Source: a virus (Duplodnaviria > Caudoviricetes). Taken from it: DNA of 27,729 nt. Shown here one piece after another: positions 25,403 to 27,729 of the stretch. The stretch spans positions 1-27,729 of the IMG/VR virus record IMGVR_UViG_3300049164_000043. One strand, 5' to 3'. Numbering within the stretch: position 1 is the first letter of the stretch; the number at the start of each line of letters is the position of its first letter. Under the pieces are notes generated by a model. It was not told the origin of the DNA. It did not search any database and was given only the letters and a program-made list of their open reading frames with translations. Position numbers and translations under genes: made by a program.

Positions 25403-25555
25403 TTAGTACAACGTGAATGGTTGACTTACAGCGACACTGATTCGAATGTCAAGAGTGGATCCCTGCGCCATGAATTCCTGTATCTCCACCGGAGATGACT
25501 CCACATAGGCAGAGTCAGAGATTCGAATCCAGTACGTGATGCGCGTTGCGTTCAC
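25403..25555 (-). CDS. Hypothetical protein (50 aa, not in ORF track)
   Basis: MNATRITYWIRISDSAY...QPFTLY; G-rich RBS, GTG start. Confidence 0.55.
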   Translation of the reverse strand: MNATRITYWIRISDSAYVESSPVEIQEFMAQGSTLDIRISVAVSQPFTLY

Positions 25556-25565
25556 TTTCCCCCCC

Positions 25566-25667
25566 TCACTCCGATATCCAGCGCTGGACTACGTAGACCA
25601 GACACCCGAGTACGATGAGCAGTGTCGGTGTATTGCTGAGTGGGTTCTCAGTCGTGAGTGTGATCAC
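25566..25667 (-). CDS. Possible 33-aa single-TM peptide
   Basis: MITLTTENPLSNTPTLLIVLGCLVYVVQRWISE fills the gap; weak RBS; overlaps the upstream ORF by 20 nt. Confidence 0.35.
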   Translation of the reverse strand: MITLTTENPLSNTPTLLIVLGCLVYVVQRWISE

Positions 25668-25872
25668 TTGTTGTCTCTTCGGCCGTACGAGCATTGATCT
25701 CTGCCACAACAGCAACACCCTCAGGGGTCAACTTGGACAGAAGAGTTCCGTCCGAGCGATACTCAATCAAACCCCTGTCCTTTAGTGCCCTCCAGGTTCC
25801 GGGAGTGGCGCCTGCCCACTTACCCTCAGAGATTCTGATCAGCGCCGTTTCCATTGCCTTACTGAGCCTCAT
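25648..25872 (-). CDS. Small winged-helix-like protein
   Basis: TWRALKDRGLIEY....LTPEG pattern typical of wHTH wings; GAGAGGG RBS. Confidence 0.55.
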   Translation of the reverse strand: MRLSKAMETALIRISEGKWAGATPGTWRALKDRGLIEYRSDGTLLSKLTPEGVAVVAEINARTAEETTSDHTHD

Positions 25873-25885
25873 GTTTTATGCCCTC

Positions 25886-26164
25886 TCAGGCTGCACGCTT
25901 GACGAACTTGTACGGGCCGCTGTCCCCGTTGCGGAGCATCAGTCGACCGTTCTTACTCCACCGGGTCTGGAGACCCTCGTAGAGGGCAGTGAAGGCCTCC
26001 GCGTACTCCTCGTACGCAATGGCGTGGTACTCCTGCCACTCATCCGATTCACTCACGTTGTCCGCGGTGTGGTGTTCGATGCTGTGAGCCGGCTCAACGT
26101 GCATGCCGGTGATTCCGGACAGGAATACGAGCGACATGACCACACCTACAATCCAAGCAAGCAT
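25886..26164 (-). CDS. Hypothetical protein with N-terminal hydrophobic segment
   Basis: AGGAG RBS before ATG 26164; MLAWIVGVVMSLVFLSGI. Confidence 0.65.
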   Translation of the reverse strand: MLAWIVGVVMSLVFLSGITGMHVEPAHSIEHHTADNVSESDEWQEYHAIAYEEYAEAFTALYEGLQTRWSKNGRLMLRNGDSGPYKFVKRAA

Positions 26165-26232
26165 TGTGTTTCTCCTGTGCTAGGCGACAGTAAGAGGGTG
26201 CCGGTACTAGACCGGCACCCGATACCGCTTAC

Positions 26233-26436
26233 CTAGATGTCTTCCCGCGGGTAGCTGTATCGCCACGCAATAGCCTCTGTGGCCCCGTTCTGCCCGATCC
26301 TGTTGGCTCCTGCATTCCACACGATGCCTGCACGATCAGTGACGATCTGACGTCCTCTTGCCATCCTGGCTTCATAGGACTCAGGGGCCACAATGCGGTA
26401 CTGCATCGTGGGATCATCCTTGTGCGTGATGAACAT
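26233..26436 (-). CDS. Hypothetical protein
   Basis: AAGGA RBS; flanked by intergenic hairpins. Confidence 0.65.
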   Translation of the reverse strand: MFITHKDDPTMQYRIVAPESYEARMARGRQIVTDRAGIVWNAGANRIGQNGATEAIAWRYSYPREDI

Positions 26437-26458
26437 GGGTCATTCCTTACTCGCGTTG

Positions 26459-26472
26459 GGTCTCGAATAGGC
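26459..26472 (-). promoter_or_regulatory. Degenerate copy of the 14-bp repeat (GCCTATTCGAGACC, 11/14)
   Basis: Same orientation and intergenic position as the exact copies. Confidence 0.55.
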
Positions 26473-26529
26473 GGAAGTAAGAGGACACTCAGCTTTCCTG
26501 AGTGCCTGATACCTCTTACCCTGCAATCC

Positions 26530-26703
26530 CTAAATGGCGTCAATCCACTCGTACCATTCCATGCCATCGATGGTGTAGTCTCCCGGCATTCCCGTGACGT
26601 CGCCTGCCGTGAGGGACACACCCTTACGGGACGCCAACTCGATGATGTCGGGAACCTCAGCAAGCCAAGGCTTGTCTTCCACGCGCTCAATCCGTGTGCT
26701 CAC
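26530..26703 (-). CDS. Acidic hypothetical protein (57 aa, not in ORF track)
   Basis: MSTRIERVEDKPWLAEVPD...MEWYEWIDAI; GAGGAG RBS, GTG start. Confidence 0.7.
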   Translation of the reverse strand: MSTRIERVEDKPWLAEVPDIIELASRKGVSLTAGDVTGMPGDYTIDGMEWYEWIDAI

Positions 26704-26715
26704 ATTCTCTCCTCA

Positions 26716-26729
26716 GGTCTCGAATCAAC
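26716..26729 (-). promoter_or_regulatory. 14-bp repeat GTTGATTCGAGACC, copy 5
   Basis: Exact, preceded by TCTGCGC-N5, abuts the RBS of ORF 26530-26703. Confidence 0.85.
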
Positions 26730-26812
26730 TATGAGCGCAGAGTACTGCGCACTCTGGCAGGCGGAAACAAGGGGGCACACAGACTCTCCACTGTGTGCCC
26801 GATGCTTCTTAC

Positions 26813-26956
26813 CTACTGGTCACGGCTGAGTTGCTTGTGCTCTTCAGCCTCGTATGCCAGTGCGTAAGGACTTTCCCACGTCCACCATTGCCCGTACTCC
26901 TCAGCACTAGCGAACGTCGGTCCGTCAAGCTCTTCTATGAAGAGCGAGTTTTCCAT
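26813..26956 (-). CDS. Acidic hypothetical protein (47 aa, first ORF of the arm, not in ORF track)
   Basis: MENSLFIEELDGPTFASAEEYGQWWTWESPYALAYEAEEHKQLSRDQ; GAGGAG RBS. Confidence 0.65.
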   Translation of the reverse strand: MENSLFIEELDGPTFASAEEYGQWWTWESPYALAYEAEEHKQLSRDQ

Positions 26957-26972
26957 GACACTCCTCATGTGA

Positions 26973-27186
26973 CCCGGTAGGGAGTAGACCTAACACACGT
27001 GATTCACATCCTCAGCCTGGTTTGGAGCATCCATCCCCCCAGCCTCATCCTGCCCTACCGTATGGGCTACGGATTAGCGAGACTGCCAGAGTTCATGCCC
27101 TGCATGCCGTTGCGACTTAACCCGCAGGAAGCCTCTTGACTCCACCAGAGTCGTTCTCACGTTGTGCTTGCCTACTCCCTACCGGG
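26973..27186 (-). ncRNA. Candidate structured RNA domain closed by a perfect 15-bp stem
   Basis: CCCGGTAGGGAGTAG (26973-26987) and its exact reverse complement (27172-27186), nested helices inside, no ORF in the track. Confidence 0.6.
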
Positions 27187-27322
27187 AGTCTGTGTCGTGC
27201 TTCCTAGCCTAGTTGGCAGGGCCGCTAGGCGCCCTTACTGCAAGGTGTGGTCTAGGCACAGCCGCGGAGGGTTTCACGCCCCCATACCTTAGACGCTTAG
27301 CTATTACGCTTTGGCGGTTTCA

Positions 27323-27379
27323 TTGGCACGCTATGGAGTTCTCAAGTAGCGATGGCTGCCTTGGTTCGGCCTCTCGACC
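27323..27379 (-). promoter_or_regulatory. rRNA-leader-like boxB/boxA antitermination element
   Basis: GGTC-GAGA-GGCC GNRA hairpin, then CGCTACTTGAGAACTCCATAGCGTGCCAA, resembling the actinobacterial rrn boxA region as recalled. Confidence 0.65.
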
Positions 27380-27423
27380 TAGCTTCCGGGCCTGTCTTCC
27401 GGGCTTCCCCTTCCGACACGAGA

Positions 27424-27452
27424 AGCATGACACATCCTGGGTCTCGAATCAA
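27424..27452 (-). promoter_or_regulatory. Putative sigma70/HrdB-type early promoter
   Basis: TTGATT-17 nt-CATGCT with TGn extended -10; start predicted near 27417-27419. Confidence 0.5.
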
Positions 27453-27453
27453 C
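27440..27453 (-). promoter_or_regulatory. 14-bp repeat GTTGATTCGAGACC, copy 6, overlapping the -35 box
   Basis: Exact, preceded by TCTGCGC-N6. Confidence 0.85.
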
Positions 27454-27729
27454 CTAGGGGCGCAGACTTCTTTCATTCATGCATGGGGGTCTGGTGGAGG
27501 GGCCGGCCCTACAGGGGCCCTACCTACATAGAGGAACGCGTGCGCGCGTATACCCTACCTACGGTGCATGCGTCAAACATGCTGGTCATGGGGCATAGGT
27601 GCATACACAAAGGGACACAAGACAGTGCACTGCCCTCACCGTACGGGGGCAGGAGCAAGCCTTCCTGCTACCCCACCAGGACGCAGGGTGCAGGGTGCTC
27701 GGGCCCATCCATGCCAGCCCTACGTAGGC

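Noticed and set aside
25573-25596. Adjacent palindromes GATATC, TCCAGCGCTGGA and CTACGTAG
   Set aside because: Single occurrence, probably inside a small ORF; may be chance.
26995-27020. CUGAGGA on the minus strand as a hammerhead ribozyme core
   Set aside because: No GAAA after a stem II and no matching stems I and III.
27355-27396. CAGGCCCGGAAG...GGCAGC resembling SRP RNA helix 8
   Set aside because: The symmetric loop pairing and long SRP stem are absent; the rrn-leader reading fits better.
5078-27453. 14-bp repeats as CRISPR repeats, att sites or transposon ends
   Set aside because: Dispersed over 22 kb with irregular spacing; no cas, integrase or transposase gene in the window.
27547-27576. 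Second leftward promoter TTGACG-18-TATACG
   Set aside because: The -10 lacks the conserved final T; not supportable without TSS data.
26960-27729. tRNA or rRNA genes in the non-coding end
   Set aside because: No cloverleaf with a T-loop GTTCRA and no 16S sequence follows the boxA-like element.

Overview
Segment of a high-GC long-tailed (siphovirus-type) actinophage or prophage, most likely infecting Streptomyces. Bases 1-19600 (+ strand) carry the virion and lysis genes: partial portal, scaffold, major capsid, four head-tail connector genes, major tail, a tail chaperone pair with a GGGAAAC -1 frameshift, an 1827-aa tape measure with a lytic transglycosylase domain, Dit and two minor tail proteins, a beta-helix/HylP-like tail fibre, a membrane protein, an amidase-LysM endolysin, a small structural-type protein and a probable holin. 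These converge at a bidirectional terminator (~19695) with a minus-strand early-type arm. That arm holds a DUF3987-like protein, an Lsr2-N-domain-like protein and about 20 small ORFs. The most notable signals are non-coding. (1) A ~460-nt structured leader at the start of the early arm opens with what looks like a copy of the host rRNA-operon boxB/boxA antitermination signal and contains a domain closed by a perfect 15-bp stem. (2) An asymmetric 14-bp element, GTTGATTCGAGACC, occurs 6 times exactly, always at gene junctions or in non-coding DNA and always in the direction of transcription. (3) An 18-bp motif occurs three times around the lysis genes. (4) Terminator-like hairpins sit immediately before the capsid and major tail genes. 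All family assignments come from motif recognition and synteny, not database searches.
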